64,000 nucleotides of DNA from the NCBI GenBank assembly GCA_964410185.1, contig CAYPFM010000002.1:70047-134046 (forward strand), given 5' to 3'. How positions within the stretch are numbered: position 1 is the stretch's first letter; the number at the start of each line of letters is the position of its first letter. The DNA is from an uncultured Candidatus Saccharibacteria bacterium (GTDB taxonomy: Bacteria > Patescibacteriota > Saccharimonadia > Saccharimonadales > JAUPVS01). Made by a program: the position numbers and the translations under genes. A model generated the notes under the pieces. It did not search any database and had not been told where the DNA came from. It worked only from the letters and a program-made list of their open reading frames with translations. Positions 1 to 9,775 of this stretch are shown here, one piece after another.

Positions 1-159
1 AACATCTGGTCAGTCAGCGACGGTGCCACCACACCTGGCGGCGAGCGTTTTACATTCTCTTCATCAGTTGTATTTGGTCAGGACCTTGTGCAGGCGCAAG
101 CCCAAGCCAAGCAAGCCGAACAAATTCTGCAGACAAAAGCCATCGTTGCCGACAACTAG
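1..159 (+). CDS. 3' end of a CDS that starts upstream of the window (product unknown)
   Basis: Frame +1 is open from nt 1 to TAG at 157-159 (...QAQAQAKQAEQILQTKAIVADN*). It is absent from the ORF track only because it has no start codon in the window. Confidence 0.3.
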   Translation, partial: NIWSVSDGATTPGGERFTFSSSVVFGQDLVQAQAQAKQAEQILQTKAIVADN

Positions 160-178
160 CTGCTACAATAGACCCACT

Positions 179-958
179 ATGGGGAACTATTGGCAGGAAC
201 GTAACAAACCGTATCAGCCGGGACAGACCGAGGCTTTTAAGGTCAGCCGCAGCAAGATCGAGCTGTTTATGCAGTGCCCGCGTTGTTTTTGGCTGGACGC
301 TCGTCTAAAGATTAAACGACCCAACAGTCCGCCGTTCAACATCAACAAAGCCATCGACGAACTGTATAAAAAAGAATTCGACGCCCACCGCGCCGCCGGT
401 ACGCCGCACCCCATCATGAAGGACAACCAAATTAAGGCTGTGCCGATGCAACACAAAGACCTCGACCAGTGGCGCTACAACTTCACCGGCGTTATCGCCG
501 TGCATAAGCCCACTAACTTGCACGTCTTTGGTGCGATTGATGACCTCTGGGTGAGCGACGATGGGGAAGCCATCGTGGTTGACTACAAGGCCACCTCCAA
601 AGACAAAGAAGTCACCATCGACTCTGACTGGCAGATGAGCTACAAGCGCCAACTGGAAGTCTACCAATGGTTACTGCGCCAAAATGGCCTCAAAGTTTCT
701 GACACTGGCTACTTTGTGTATACCAATGCTCGCATTGACCTGGACGGCTTCAATGATCGCCTCGAATTCCGCACCAAACTCATCCCATACACTGGTAGCG
801 ACGCCTGGGTGGAACCAACTTTGGTTAAGATGAAAGATTGCCTGGAAGGCGATATGCCACCTGTTGGTACTGCCGCTATGGGCGGCCCCTGCGACTTTTG
901 CGAATACGCCAAGTCGCGAACGATGCTGACGCTCGAAGCAATTAAGAAGAAAAACTAG
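179..958 (+). CDS. PD-(D/E)XK nuclease superfamily protein (Cas4/RecB-like, with terminal Cys pairs)
   Basis: ORF 23..958; preferred ATG at 179 (MGNYWQ...). Motifs seen: CPRC near the N-terminus, GAIDDLWV...IVVDYK nuclease core, QLEVYQWLL, and C-terminal CDFC. Confidence 0.65.
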   Translation: MGNYWQERNKPYQPGQTEAFKVSRSKIELFMQCPRCFWLDARLKIKRPNSPPFNINKAIDELYKKEFDAHRAAGTPHPIMKDNQIKAVPMQHKDLDQWRYNFTGVIAVHKPTNLHVFGAIDDLWVSDDGEAIVVDYKATSKDKEVTIDSDWQMSYKRQLEVYQWLLRQNGLKVSDTGYFVYTNARIDLDGFNDRLEFRTKLIPYTGSDAWVEPTLVKMKDCLEGDMPPVGTAAMGGPCDFCEYAKSRTMLTLEAIKKKN

Positions 959-967
959 ACCCAACGC

Positions 968-975
968 TGTATAAT
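968..975 (+). promoter_or_regulatory. -10 box TGTATAAT for serS; 6 nt before the ATG (leaderless type)
   Basis: TATAAT at 970-975 and ATG at 982. A start site about 7 nt after the -10 box would fall on the start codon. Confidence 0.55.
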
Positions 976-981
976 AGAAGT

Positions 982-2280
982 ATGTTAGACATACAGTACA
1001 TTCGTGATAATCCGGACCTGGTGGAAGAGAAGTCCAAACAAAAAAACGTCAAAGTAGACATTAAGGAACTGCTGAAGCTTGATGCTGAACGCCGTAAACT
1101 GCTCACCGAAGCCGAGGATTTGCGCCAACAACGCAATCAACAAGCCGGTGACACCAAGGGGCAAAAACCGACGCCCGAACAGATTGCCAGCGGCAAATTG
1201 CTTAAAGAAAAACTGACCAAAGTCGAAGCCGACCTTACCAAGGTTGACGACGACTTCTGGGCCAAACTTAAAAAGGTACCTAATGTTGCGCTCGACACGG
1301 TGCCAGTTGGCGCCACCGAGGACGAAAACGTCGTCGTCAAAACCGTCGGCGAACCGACCAAGTTTGATTTCACGCCCAAGAACGATGGGGAACTGGGCTT
1401 GCAAAACGACACCATCGACAAAGAACGCGCCGCCAAAGTTGCCGGCGCCCGCTTTGCCTATCTAAAGGGTGATTTAGTCCGCCTGCAGTTCGCGATTATT
1501 AATTTTGTACTCGACACACTCGGCGATGAGAAGTTGCTGCAGAAATTGATCACCAAAAATAACTTGAACGTCAGTGCCAAACCATTCACCCCAATCTTGC
1601 CACCGGCCATGGTTAAGACCGAACCCTACGAAGCCTCGGCTCGTTTGGATGCCGAAGAGGTCACCTACAAACTGGCTAATGATGAGTTATGGATGAACGC
1701 CAGTGCCGAACACAGTTTGTGTACCATGTATATGAACGAAATCCTGGAAGAAAAAGACCTACCGATTCGTTACCTCGGCTACGCCACCAGCTTCCGCCGC
1801 GAGGCCGGCACCTACGGCAAGGACACCGAAGGCATCTTTCGCATGCACCAGTTCGACAAGCTCGAAATGGAAACTTTTAGCACGCCCGAAACTGGCCTCG
1901 ATGAACACAAACTAATGGTGGCCATTCAGGAATACCTGGTGCAGCAACTCGAGCTGCCGTATCAATTGATTCAAAAATGTACGGCCGACATTGGTAAGCC
2001 GAACGCCCAGGGCATGGACATTAATACCTGGATGCCGGCGCAGGGTCAGTACCGCGAAACCCACACCGCCGACTATATGACCGACTACCAAGCCCGCCGC
2101 CTGAAGACCCGTTATAGACGTGGCGATGGGGAAGTCGAATTCATCCACACGGCCGATGGCACCGCCTTCGCCTTGGGCCGCATCCTCAAGGCCATTACCG
2201 AGAACAACCAGACCAAAGACGGTAACGTCAAAATTCCTAAAGTACTGCAACCTTATATGGGAGGAAAAGAAACGATATGA
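982..2280 (+). CDS. serS: seryl-tRNA synthetase
   Basis: 432 aa. N-terminal coiled-coil arm followed by a class II core (FRREAGTYGKDTEGIFRMHQFDKLE, GRILKAI). Confidence 0.97.
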   Translation: MLDIQYIRDNPDLVEEKSKQKNVKVDIKELLKLDAERRKLLTEAEDLRQQRNQQAGDTKGQKPTPEQIASGKLLKEKLTKVEADLTKVDDDFWAKLKKVPNVALDTVPVGATEDENVVVKTVGEPTKFDFTPKNDGELGLQNDTIDKERAAKVAGARFAYLKGDLVRLQFAIINFVLDTLGDEKLLQKLITKNNLNVSAKPFTPILPPAMVKTEPYEASARLDAEEVTYKLANDELWMNASAEHSLCTMYMNEILEEKDLPIRYLGYATSFRREAGTYGKDTEGIFRMHQFDKLEMETFSTPETGLDEHKLMVAIQEYLVQQLELPYQLIQKCTADIGKPNAQGMDINTWMPAQGQYRETHTADYMTDYQARRLKTRYRRGDGEVEFIHTADGTAFALGRILKAITENNQTKDGNVKIPKVLQPYMGGKETI

Positions 2281-2639
2281 TCGAAAAAATTGAAATCAAC
2301 AGTATTCACGCCCAGGTCGACGATGACCTCAAGAAGTATGTCACGAAAAAAATCGGGCATCTCGATAAGTACCTGTCCAAGCACGCCAAGGAATCGGCCC
2401 ATGCCGAAGTCAAGCTCAAAGAGAGTAAGCAGAAAGATAAAAAGCAGTGCGAATGTGAAGTCATCTTACACCTTCCGAATGACAATCTGGCAGTTAAAGA
2501 GGGTACCATCAATATGTACGCCGCCGTTGATATCGTCGAAGCCAAGCTTAAAAACCAGCTTAAAAAATACAAAGAAGTTCACGAGTCACCACGCTTTCAC
2601 CGCCGGGTAATTCGTCGGCTAAAGCACCGCACCAAATAA
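2277..2639 (+). CDS. hpf: ribosome hibernation promoting factor / RaiA family (short form)
   Basis: 120 aa. Typical pattern: I...H.. V.DDLKKYV.KKI.HLDKY...EVKL....K....CEV.L. ATGA overlap with the serS stop. Confidence 0.85.
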   Translation: MIEKIEINSIHAQVDDDLKKYVTKKIGHLDKYLSKHAKESAHAEVKLKESKQKDKKQCECEVILHLPNDNLAVKEGTINMYAAVDIVEAKLKNQLKKYKEVHESPRFHRRVIRRLKHRTK

Positions 2640-2769
2640 ACCCAACTGGGACATTACCGGCGTGTAGCCACAGTCCCGAGGTAAAAATTACACAAAACCC
2701 CAGGTTTTGCGGGCCTTTACGGTATACTAGAAAGATAATCAATCTGGAGATGAGGGAAATCGATTACTG

Positions 2770-5391
2770 ATGAAAAAAGTCTTAAAACGAGTGCTTGGGG
2801 ATCCACAAGTTAAAACCTTAAAACGCCTAACCAAGCGCGTCAAAATAATTAATGACCTGGCTCCCAAGTATAAGAAGATGACTGATGAGCAGCTGCAAAA
2901 ACAGTCAGCCATTCTCAAGGATCGTCTCAAAAAAGAAACCCTCGACCAGATTCTCCCAGATGCCTTTGCGATTGTTCGCGAAGCTGCCAGCCGCACCATC
3001 GGACAACGTCACTTTGATGTCCAGTTGATCGGTGGCATGGTGCTGCACGAAGGCAGTGTCGCCGAAATGAAGACAGGTGAAGGTAAGACATTGGTAGCAA
3101 CCGCGCCAGTTTACCTGAATGCCTTGACCGAAAAGGGTGTGCACGTGGTGACGGTGAACGATTACCTGGCGCAACTGCACGCCGGTTGGATGGGCCAGGT
3201 CTACGCCTTTTTGGGTCTGACTACCGCCGTTATTATTGCTGACGAGTCATACATTTACGATGCCTCATTCGTGAACAAAAACCACTTCGATAAGCGCATG
3301 CATCCGCTCAAGCCATGTTCACGCCAAGAAGCTTACGCCGCCGATGTTACCTACGGCACCAACAACGAATTTGGTTTTGATTACCTCCGCGACAACATGG
3401 TGCGCGAAGTCGATCAGCTGCGCCAACGACCGCTGCACTACGCCATCGTTGACGAAGTTGACTCTATCTTAATCGACGAAGCCCGCACCCCGCTGATTAT
3501 CTCGGCCCCTTCTACTACCAGCGCCAGCGCCTACCAACAGTTCACCAAGGTGGCTCGCCAACTTAAAAAAGAAGATCACTACGAAGTTGACGAAAAGCGT
3601 AAGTCGGTCATCCTGACCGATGATGGCGTCGACATGGTCGAGAAGGTGTTGGGTATCGATAACTTGTACGGCACCGACAATATCCGCACCATCTATCACC
3701 TCGAACAAGCCCTCCGCGCCCAGGCGCTATTCAAGCGCGACAAAGATTACGTTGTCACCAGTGATGGGGAAGTGGTGATTGTTGATGAGTTCACCGGCCG
3801 CTTGCTCAAGGGTCGTCGTTATAACGAAGGTTTGCACCAAGCCATCGAGGCTAAAGAAAGCGTCACCGTTCAAGAGGAGTCGATGACGCTGGCCACGATT
3901 TCCTTCCAGAACTACTTCCGCCTGTACGAAAAGCTGTCGGGTATGACCGGTACAGCCGAAACCGAGAGCGAAGAATTCTACCAGATTTACGAACTGCACG
4001 TCGTGCAGATTCCGCCAAACCGCAAACTGATTCGCCAAGACCGCCCAGACCGCATCTACAAGACCGAGGAAGGCAAGTTCAAGGCAATTATTAAAGAAGT
4101 TAAGATGTTACACCAAAAGGGTCAGCCAGTGCTGATTGGTACGGCCTCGATTCAAAAGAACGAGCGCCTTGGTGTACTGCTCAAAAAAGCCAGCATCCCA
4201 CACCAGGTTTTGAACGCCAAGAACAACGAGCGAGAAGCGAGCATTATCGCCAAAGCCGGCCAAAAGGGTGCCGTCACCCTGGCCACCAACATCGCCGGTC
4301 GTGGTACCGACATTATGTTAGATGACGAAACTAAAAAGCTTGGCGGTCTCTTCATCCTTGGCTCCGAGCGTCACGAATCCCGACGTATTGATAACCAGCT
4401 CCGCGGTCGTGCCGGTCGCCAGGGCGACCCCGGTATTACTCAGTTCTTTGTCAGTACCGAAGACGACCTGATGCGTGTCTTTGGTGGTGATCGCATTGCC
4501 AGCATGATGACTCGCATGAAAGTGCCCGATGACGTACCAATCGAGAACCGAGTTATTTCACGCAGTCTCGAAGCCGCCCAGAAGAAGGTCGAAGGCCACA
4601 ACTTCGACATTCGTAAAAATGTCGTCCAGTACGACGATGTCATGAACCGCCACCGTAAGGCTACCTACTCAATGCGCAAAGAGATTCTACACCGCGCCGA
4701 CATCGAAAAGCGCATTCGCATCTTTATCGAGGAAGAGGCCAAGGCTCTGGCCGCCTCGCCACTGGCTACCAGCGACGTCTATGAAACACTGATTACCGAA
4801 GCCTTTCCGTTTGACGATACCACCCTGGATCGCTTGTTTGACTCTGACGCCCAGCACTTCGAAAAAGCCCTGAACAAGGAAGCGATCGCTCTGTATGAAT
4901 CCCGCACCGCTGCCTTTGGCGCCACCAATATGCGCAAGGTTGAACGCGATGTCTATCTGCAAGTTCTCGACAATCTTTGGATGCAACACCTCGAGAACAT
5001 GGAGCACCTCCGCGAAGGCATCGGCTGGATTAGTGTTGGTCAGCGCGACCCACTGGTCGAATATCGTAAGCAAGGGCAGGCTATGTTTGAAGAGATGCAG
5101 GAAACCTTGCGCCACGAAGTCGTCCGTACCTTGCTGCACGCCGAACCGGTCGCTAGCGAGCTCGACGAGCCAATCGAAACCGATTTGACCCGCGCCGCTC
5201 GACGCTCCATCGATAATGCCGACAAGGTTATCGAAGTCGACGAGTTCACCGAAAAAGACTTTGCCACCACCAGCGAAGGCGCCCCAGCCATCCCTGTTAG
5301 CAATACCAAAAAAGTCGTCACCGCCGACCAACGTAAGAAAGCACACAAAGCGGAACGCAAGCGCAAGGCCAAAGCGAAGAGGAAGAAGTAG
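2770..5391 (+). CDS. secA: preprotein translocase ATPase SecA
   Basis: 873 aa. MKTGEGKTLVAT Walker A, DEVDSILIDEARTPLIIS, TNIAGRGTDI, Lys-rich C-terminus. Confidence 0.97.
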   Translation: MKKVLKRVLGDPQVKTLKRLTKRVKIINDLAPKYKKMTDEQLQKQSAILKDRLKKETLDQILPDAFAIVREAASRTIGQRHFDVQLIGGMVLHEGSVAEMKTGEGKTLVATAPVYLNALTEKGVHVVTVNDYLAQLHAGWMGQVYAFLGLTTAVIIADESYIYDASFVNKNHFDKRMHPLKPCSRQEAYAADVTYGTNNEFGFDYLRDNMVREVDQLRQRPLHYAIVDEVDSILIDEARTPLIISAPSTTSASAYQQFTKVARQLKKEDHYEVDEKRKSVILTDDGVDMVEKVLGIDNLYGTDNIRTIYHLEQALRAQALFKRDKDYVVTSDGEVVIVDEFTGRLLKGRRYNEGLHQAIEAKESVTVQEESMTLATISFQNYFRLYEKLSGMTGTAETESEEFYQIYELHVVQIPPNRKLIRQDRPDRIYKTEEGKFKAIIKEVKMLHQKGQPVLIGTASIQKNERLGVLLKKASIPHQVLNAKNNEREASIIAKAGQKGAVTLATNIAGRGTDIMLDDETKKLGGLFILGSERHESRRIDNQLRGRAGRQGDPGITQFFVSTEDDLMRVFGGDRIASMMTRMKVPDDVPIENRVISRSLEAAQKKVEGHNFDIRKNVVQYDDVMNRHRKATYSMRKEILHRADIEKRIRIFIEEEAKALAASPLATSDVYETLITEAFPFDDTTLDRLFDSDAQHFEKALNKEAIALYESRTAAFGATNMRKVERDVYLQVLDNLWMQHLENMEHLREGIGWISVGQRDPLVEYRKQGQAMFEEMQETLRHEVVRTLLHAEPVASELDEPIETDLTRAARRSIDNADKVIEVDEFTEKDFATTSEGAPAIPVSNTKKVVTADQRKKAHKAERKRKAKAKRKK

Positions 5392-5453
5392 TAGTGGCCT
5401 TGCTTCACAAATCCTTCCGGGTTAGCGTTCTCGGGCGGCTCAGTAATTTCAGG

Positions 5454-5493
5454 ATGTTGCATCTGCAGGCCGCTAGGCCGAAGCCGCAACATC
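5454..5493 (+). repeat. GC-rich palindromic intergenic repeat, copy a (GGCC variant)
   Basis: GATGTTGC-ATCTGCAGGCCGCTAGGCCGAAGCC-GCAACATC. An 8-bp outer stem encloses the core CATCTGCAG..GAAGCCGCA shared with copies at 19262, 22207 and 22998. Confidence 0.8.
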
Positions 5494-5515
5494 AGGGAAT
5501 TAGTGAGGCAGCCCG

Positions 5516-6802
5516 ATGAAGCACTCAGTTTCCGAAATAAAATCCAAAAACGGCGCCCGTGGCCTCCTCATTCATATTCCTGATGCCACCGTCATGACCT
5601 ACGACTTTAACTTCCGGGCCGGCGAGTATCTGGTAGAACGTGACATTTGGGAGACACCACACCTTATGGAACACTTGTTGCTCGGTGCCAACGAAATGAT
5701 TCCCAAGGCTCGAACATTCCAGGCCGAATTCGAAAAAAACGGCGCCTACTCCAATGCCTCCACTGGCAGCTACGACATTACGTACGAAGCCGAGTGTGCC
5801 GACTTTGAATGGGATCGTATTCTTAGCCTGCTGCTTGTGGCCATAACCAAGCCACTGTTCCTGAAAGAGGAATTTGCGGCCGAGTTCGGCAATGTTCGCG
5901 AAGAACTAACCTCACGTTCCAATAGTCACTTCCGACACTTAAGTCTGGCGCTGCGCGAAGAGTACGGCTTTAAGGTCGTGACCGACCAAGAGCGTCTAAA
6001 GTTAATGGACAACGTGCAGTTGCGCGATCTACAGCATCACTACAAGCGAACGCATACCAGCAGTAACTTGCGTTTTGTGATTGCTGGCAACATCACGCCA
6101 GACCGCAAAGCCGCCATTAAAGCCATGATTAGCTCGATTGAATTACCAGAAGGGCACGGTCGGGAAGAGCTGCCAATCGAGCGACCCCACAAGCTCGAGA
6201 AAGCGCTTTACCTCAAGAACGACACCATCGATAACATCTACTTTTATCTCGATACCTTTAAACAGCGCCAGCTCAGTGATCCAGAAGCCGATGCGCTGGG
6301 GCTCCTCAATACCATGCTCACCGAAACGCTCTATTCCCGAATCCTGGGTACCGCCCGCGAAAAGGGCTTGGTTTACAGTATGAGTTCGGGCTATGCGCAG
6401 TTGCGCGAAAACAGTAATTGGTGGTTTGGCGCCCAGGTTATGCCGGCCAACGCGAACGCCCTTTTTAAGATTATTACCAAGGAACTTAACGCCATTTTTA
6501 GTGGTGACTTGGCTGATGATGATGTGCAGGCGGCCAAACAGTATTCGATTGGGCGTTACCAGCGTGGCGCCCAGACCGTCGGTGGCACGGCCAGTGGCTA
6601 CGCCTACCGTTACTTCTTCGACGATGTTATCGAAGACTACTACTTAGTACCGAATCGCATCAAGGCCATTACCAAGCCACGCATCATTAAAGTTGCCAAC
6701 ACCATGTTCGAAGATGGTGTCTGGGGATTGGGCTGTTTAAGCAACGCCGGCAGTGAGTTTGCCGACAAGTTGCACGACCAAGCCGCTGGCCTGTGGCACT
6801 AG
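5516..6802 (+). CDS. M16 (pitrilysin/insulinase) family zinc peptidase
   Basis: 428 aa. Inverted zinc motif HLMEH (HxxEH) near the N-terminus, two-domain length. Confidence 0.8.
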   Translation: MKHSVSEIKSKNGARGLLIHIPDATVMTYDFNFRAGEYLVERDIWETPHLMEHLLLGANEMIPKARTFQAEFEKNGAYSNASTGSYDITYEAECADFEWDRILSLLLVAITKPLFLKEEFAAEFGNVREELTSRSNSHFRHLSLALREEYGFKVVTDQERLKLMDNVQLRDLQHHYKRTHTSSNLRFVIAGNITPDRKAAIKAMISSIELPEGHGREELPIERPHKLEKALYLKNDTIDNIYFYLDTFKQRQLSDPEADALGLLNTMLTETLYSRILGTAREKGLVYSMSSGYAQLRENSNWWFGAQVMPANANALFKIITKELNAIFSGDLADDDVQAAKQYSIGRYQRGAQTVGGTASGYAYRYFFDDVIEDYYLVPNRIKAITKPRIIKVANTMFEDGVWGLGCLSNAGSEFADKLHDQAAGLWH

Positions 6803-6876
6803 CACCGGGCAGTCTGGTCTTGTGAATCGTGCTTATGGTATGATACAAACAATGTAACTAATAAAAGCGAGAAGAT

Positions 6877-7557
6877 ATGCCTCCACAAGATCAAACGCCA
6901 CCTACACCAAACTCTGATACCCCTAATGACCAGGGAAGTGTTATTAACGTTACGACCCCTGGGGATAACGCAGCTACGGGCATTGATCCAATGGCTGCCC
7001 CAAGTGTCGATGCCACACCAAGTGAACCTACCGATGCATCGGCTGGTGACCCAATTGCAATCAATGTTACTACCCCCGAAACACCAGCACCAGCGCCAGA
7101 CTTTAGTGTTCCAGAGGTAACTGCCGAATCAACCCCAGACAACGCCGAGCCAACTACGCCACCACCGGATTCATTTTCGGCTGGCAATGACGCGGCACCA
7201 GCACCGGCTAGTGATGTCGAAAACCCATTGGGTAGTGAAGCTAGCCCTGTATCAGCCCCAGAAGCGCCAACGCCAGATGTATCAGCCCCAGTGACTCCAG
7301 ATTCAGAGGTAACACCAGCCGCACCTGCTGTCGGGGACGCCGCTCCAGTACCAGTAGACCCAACCGCGCCAACGCCAGCTGTTGCACCAATTCCTGGTGC
7401 TACCGATCACCCCAAGAAAAGCCATAAAAAAGGCCTCTTAATTGCCGCCATCATCGGTGTTGTTGTTATTATCGCCCTGATTGCTTTCGTTGTTCTTACC
7501 AGCAAACCTACGAATGTTGGCACAACTTCAGAGAACGTAACGACCACAACTCAGTAA
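6877..7557 (+). CDS. Pro/Thr/Ala-rich low-complexity protein with C-terminal transmembrane anchor
   Basis: 226 aa. About 180 aa of PTPA-rich sequence, then KKSHKKGLLIAAIIGVVVIIALIAFVVL. Upstream TATGAT -10 box with a leader of about 30 nt. Confidence 0.5.
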   Translation: MPPQDQTPPTPNSDTPNDQGSVINVTTPGDNAATGIDPMAAPSVDATPSEPTDASAGDPIAINVTTPETPAPAPDFSVPEVTAESTPDNAEPTTPPPDSFSAGNDAAPAPASDVENPLGSEASPVSAPEAPTPDVSAPVTPDSEVTPAAPAVGDAAPVPVDPTAPTPAVAPIPGATDHPKKSHKKGLLIAAIIGVVVIIALIAFVVLTSKPTNVGTTSENVTTTTQ

Positions 7558-7574
7558 TAGTCTGCCAAGTACGG

Positions 7575-7580
7575 TATAAT
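7575..7580 (+). promoter_or_regulatory. -10 box TATAAT for prfB; 8 nt before the ATG
   Basis: GGTATAAT-ctgcagta-ATG (ATG at 7589). Confidence 0.55.
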
Positions 7581-7588
7581 CTGCAGTA

Positions 7589-8683
7589 ATGCAGGAACTC
7601 ATTTCGCAACTGACCAAGCTTCAAGCGGCGATTGTCGAGGCTATCAACACACTCCAGCTCACCAAGGTTGAAGCAACCTTGGCTGAAGTGACTGCCCAGA
7701 TTCAGTCCGCCGACTTCTGGTCCGACCAGGCCAAGGCCCAGTCGACCATGAAGGAACAGGCCCGCTTACAGGCGCAGATCGAGCCCTGGCGCACCTTAGA
7801 ACGGCAAGTCAACGAAGCGCACGAACTGGCCGAACTGCGCGACACCAGCGTCCTGGGCGACCTACAGCAGCAATTTTTAGATCTGCAGGCCCAGTTCGAT
7901 GAGCTCAAGCGCCAGCTTCAGTTTAATGGCCCATATGACAACAACAACGCCATTATGGCCATCCACGCTGGTGCCGGTGGCACCGATGCCCAAGACTGGG
8001 CGCAGATGTTGCTACGTATGTATGTGCGCTGGGCCGAACAGAACAAATTCAAAGTCGAGACCATTCAGCAGTCAGCTGGCGAAGAGGCGGGAATCAAGAG
8101 CGTGACCTTCGAAATTGATGGTCCGTTTGCCTACGGCAAACTGCAGGGTGAACACGGCGTACACCGCTTGGTTCGCCTTAGTCCGTTTAATGCCGATAAT
8201 TTGCGCCAGACGAGTTTTGCTAAGGTCGAGGTGATGCCCAAAATCGACAATCCGGCCAGCCTCGAAATTGACGAAAAAGACCTAAAGATTGACGTCTACC
8301 GTAGTGGTGGCAAGGGTGGGCAGTCGGTCAACACCACTGATTCAGCGGTGCGCATAACCCACCTGCCAACGGGTATTACCGTTGCTATTCAAAATGAACG
8401 ATCTCAGTTGCAAAATAAAGAAACGGCCATGACCATTATTCGTTCGCGCTTGGCGCAACTGCAGCTTGAGCAGCACCAAGAAAAACTGGCCGGTCTCAAG
8501 GGTCCAAATCAGTCGGCGGAGTGGGGGAACCAAATCCGCAGCTACGTCCTGCATCCCTACAAACAAGTCAAAGATTCGCGGAGTCACTACGAAACCACCG
8601 ATGCCGAAGGTGTACTGGATGGCAATCTGACGCCACTGATCGAGGCCTACCTTGAGTCGCAATTTGGCGCCGACAACCAGTAG
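7589..8683 (+). CDS. prfB: peptide chain release factor 2
   Basis: 364 aa. SPF tripeptide (LSPFNA) and GGQ (SGGKGGQSVN). One uninterrupted ORF. Confidence 0.95.
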   Translation: MQELISQLTKLQAAIVEAINTLQLTKVEATLAEVTAQIQSADFWSDQAKAQSTMKEQARLQAQIEPWRTLERQVNEAHELAELRDTSVLGDLQQQFLDLQAQFDELKRQLQFNGPYDNNNAIMAIHAGAGGTDAQDWAQMLLRMYVRWAEQNKFKVETIQQSAGEEAGIKSVTFEIDGPFAYGKLQGEHGVHRLVRLSPFNADNLRQTSFAKVEVMPKIDNPASLEIDEKDLKIDVYRSGGKGGQSVNTTDSAVRITHLPTGITVAIQNERSQLQNKETAMTIIRSRLAQLQLEQHQEKLAGLKGPNQSAEWGNQIRSYVLHPYKQVKDSRSHYETTDAEGVLDGNLTPLIEAYLESQFGADNQ

Positions 8684-8739
8684 TTGTAAAATCCAGCAAA
8701 CTTAAGAAGAATTTAATCTTTGTTGTTTACGATGGGTAT

Positions 8740-9069
8740 ATGACCGCTGAAATCACCAACCAAGACATCTTCGACGCCCTGACTGATTTTGCGGTCCGGG
8801 TCGAAGAACGCTTTGAGACAATCGAGCGTAAACTGGAGGAACACGACCGCCGTTTCGAAGCCATCGACCGCCGTTTCGACGCCATCGACCAGCGCTTTGA
8901 CCAAATCGAACTCCGGCTCACATCGGTGGAAATCCAGATACGTTCCATGGCCTACGAGCTGCGCGAAGTTAACGTTAAGCTCGAAGATCATGATGGCCGT
9001 CTCACAGCCGTCGAAAATGACGTCAAAGACATTTTCTTCCGCTTGCCATCCGAAGGCTCTACAAGCTAA
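8740..9069 (+). CDS. small coiled-coil protein with tandem RF(E/D)AID repeats (function unknown)
   Basis: 109 aa. EERFETIERKLEEHDRRFEAIDRRFDAIDQRFDQIELRL. Possible -10 box TACGAT 6 nt before the ATG. Confidence 0.45.
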   Translation: MTAEITNQDIFDALTDFAVRVEERFETIERKLEEHDRRFEAIDRRFDAIDQRFDQIELRLTSVEIQIRSMAYELREVNVKLEDHDGRLTAVENDVKDIFFRLPSEGSTS

Positions 9070-9085
9070 TGCTAAATTTGATACA

Positions 9086-9775
9086 ATGGGTGTAATGATT
9101 TTATTGGACCGAGTTACTAAGGTGTACGGCAAGAACACCACGCCAGCCCTCAATCGCATTAGTTTGCATGTTGAACCGCGTGAATTCGTCATTGTTGTCG
9201 GCGCCAGCGGGGCGGGTAAGTCGACGTTACTCAAGTTGCTTACTAGAGAAGAGAAGCCGACCAGTGGCAAGATTATTGTTGGCGGCATCGACTACGACAA
9301 GCTCAAGGATAAGAACATCCCATATCTTCGTCGCCGCATCGGAACCGTTTTTCAGGACTTTAAGTTATTGCCCAATAAGACGGTTTTCGAAAACGTCGCT
9401 TTCGCGCTCGAAATTGTCGGAACCAGCAAACACGAAATTCGCTACACCGTTCCGCGCGTGCTCGACATCGTCGGCCTCAAGGGCAAAGAGAAGCGTATGC
9501 CCCTCGAACTATCTGGTGGTGAGCGTCAGCGCGTTGCCATTGCCCGAGCCATTGCTCGCCAACCCAAGATCCTGATTGCCGACGAACCAACCGGTAACCT
9601 GGACCCCAAGCACGCCTGGGATGTGGTGAAGGTGCTACAGAAGATTAACCAGTATGGCACCACCGTCCTATTAACGACGCACAACCAAGAAATTGTGAAC
9701 AAACTCAAACGCCGGGTGATTACTATTCAAGATGGCAAAATTGCCAGCGACCGGGCGCAGGGGAACTACAAGTAA
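9086..9775 (+). CDS. ftsE: cell-division ABC ATPase FtsE
   Basis: The in-frame ATG at 9086 (or 9095) gives MGVMILLDRVTKVYG. Walker A GASGAGKST, signature LSGGERQR, Walker B ILIADEPT. The longer 8789 start overlaps the preceding gene. Confidence 0.93.
   Translation: MGVMILLDRVTKVYGKNTTPALNRISLHVEPREFVIVVGASGAGKSTLLKLLTREEKPTSGKIIVGGIDYDKLKDKNIPYLRRRIGTVFQDFKLLPNKTVFENVAFALEIVGTSKHEIRYTVPRVLDIVGLKGKEKRMPLELSGGERQRVAIARAIARQPKILIADEPTGNLDPKHAWDVVKVLQKINQYGTTVLLTTHNQEIVNKLKRRVITIQDGKIASDRAQGNYK

Noticed and set aside
4687-5346. Long antisense ORFs inside confidently assigned genes. Examples: 219 aa antisense to secA, 187 aa at 33301-33864 antisense to the GH1 gene, 168 aa at 26120-26626 antisense to glyQS, and 167 aa at 55281-55784 antisense to the receiver tail.
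   Set aside because: They have no start context, show low-complexity or biased composition mirroring the sense codons, and are fully nested in genes with strong family signatures. They are shadow ORFs.
7589-8683. Looked for the programmed +1 frameshift site (CUU UGA C with an upstream SD-like element) typical of many prfB genes.
   Set aside because: RF2 is encoded here as one uninterrupted 364-codon ORF from ATG 7589, with no in-frame UGA near codon 25. The intact SPF/GGQ RF2, together with UGA stops at serS and other genes, also argues against UGA recoding (code 11, not 4 or 25).
8789-9085. 99-codon N-terminal extension of the ftsE ORF (track start 8789).
   Set aside because: The extension has no FtsE-like sequence and overlaps the 8740..9069 ORF in another frame. 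FtsE homology begins at MGVMILLDRVTKVYG (ATG 9086 or 9095).
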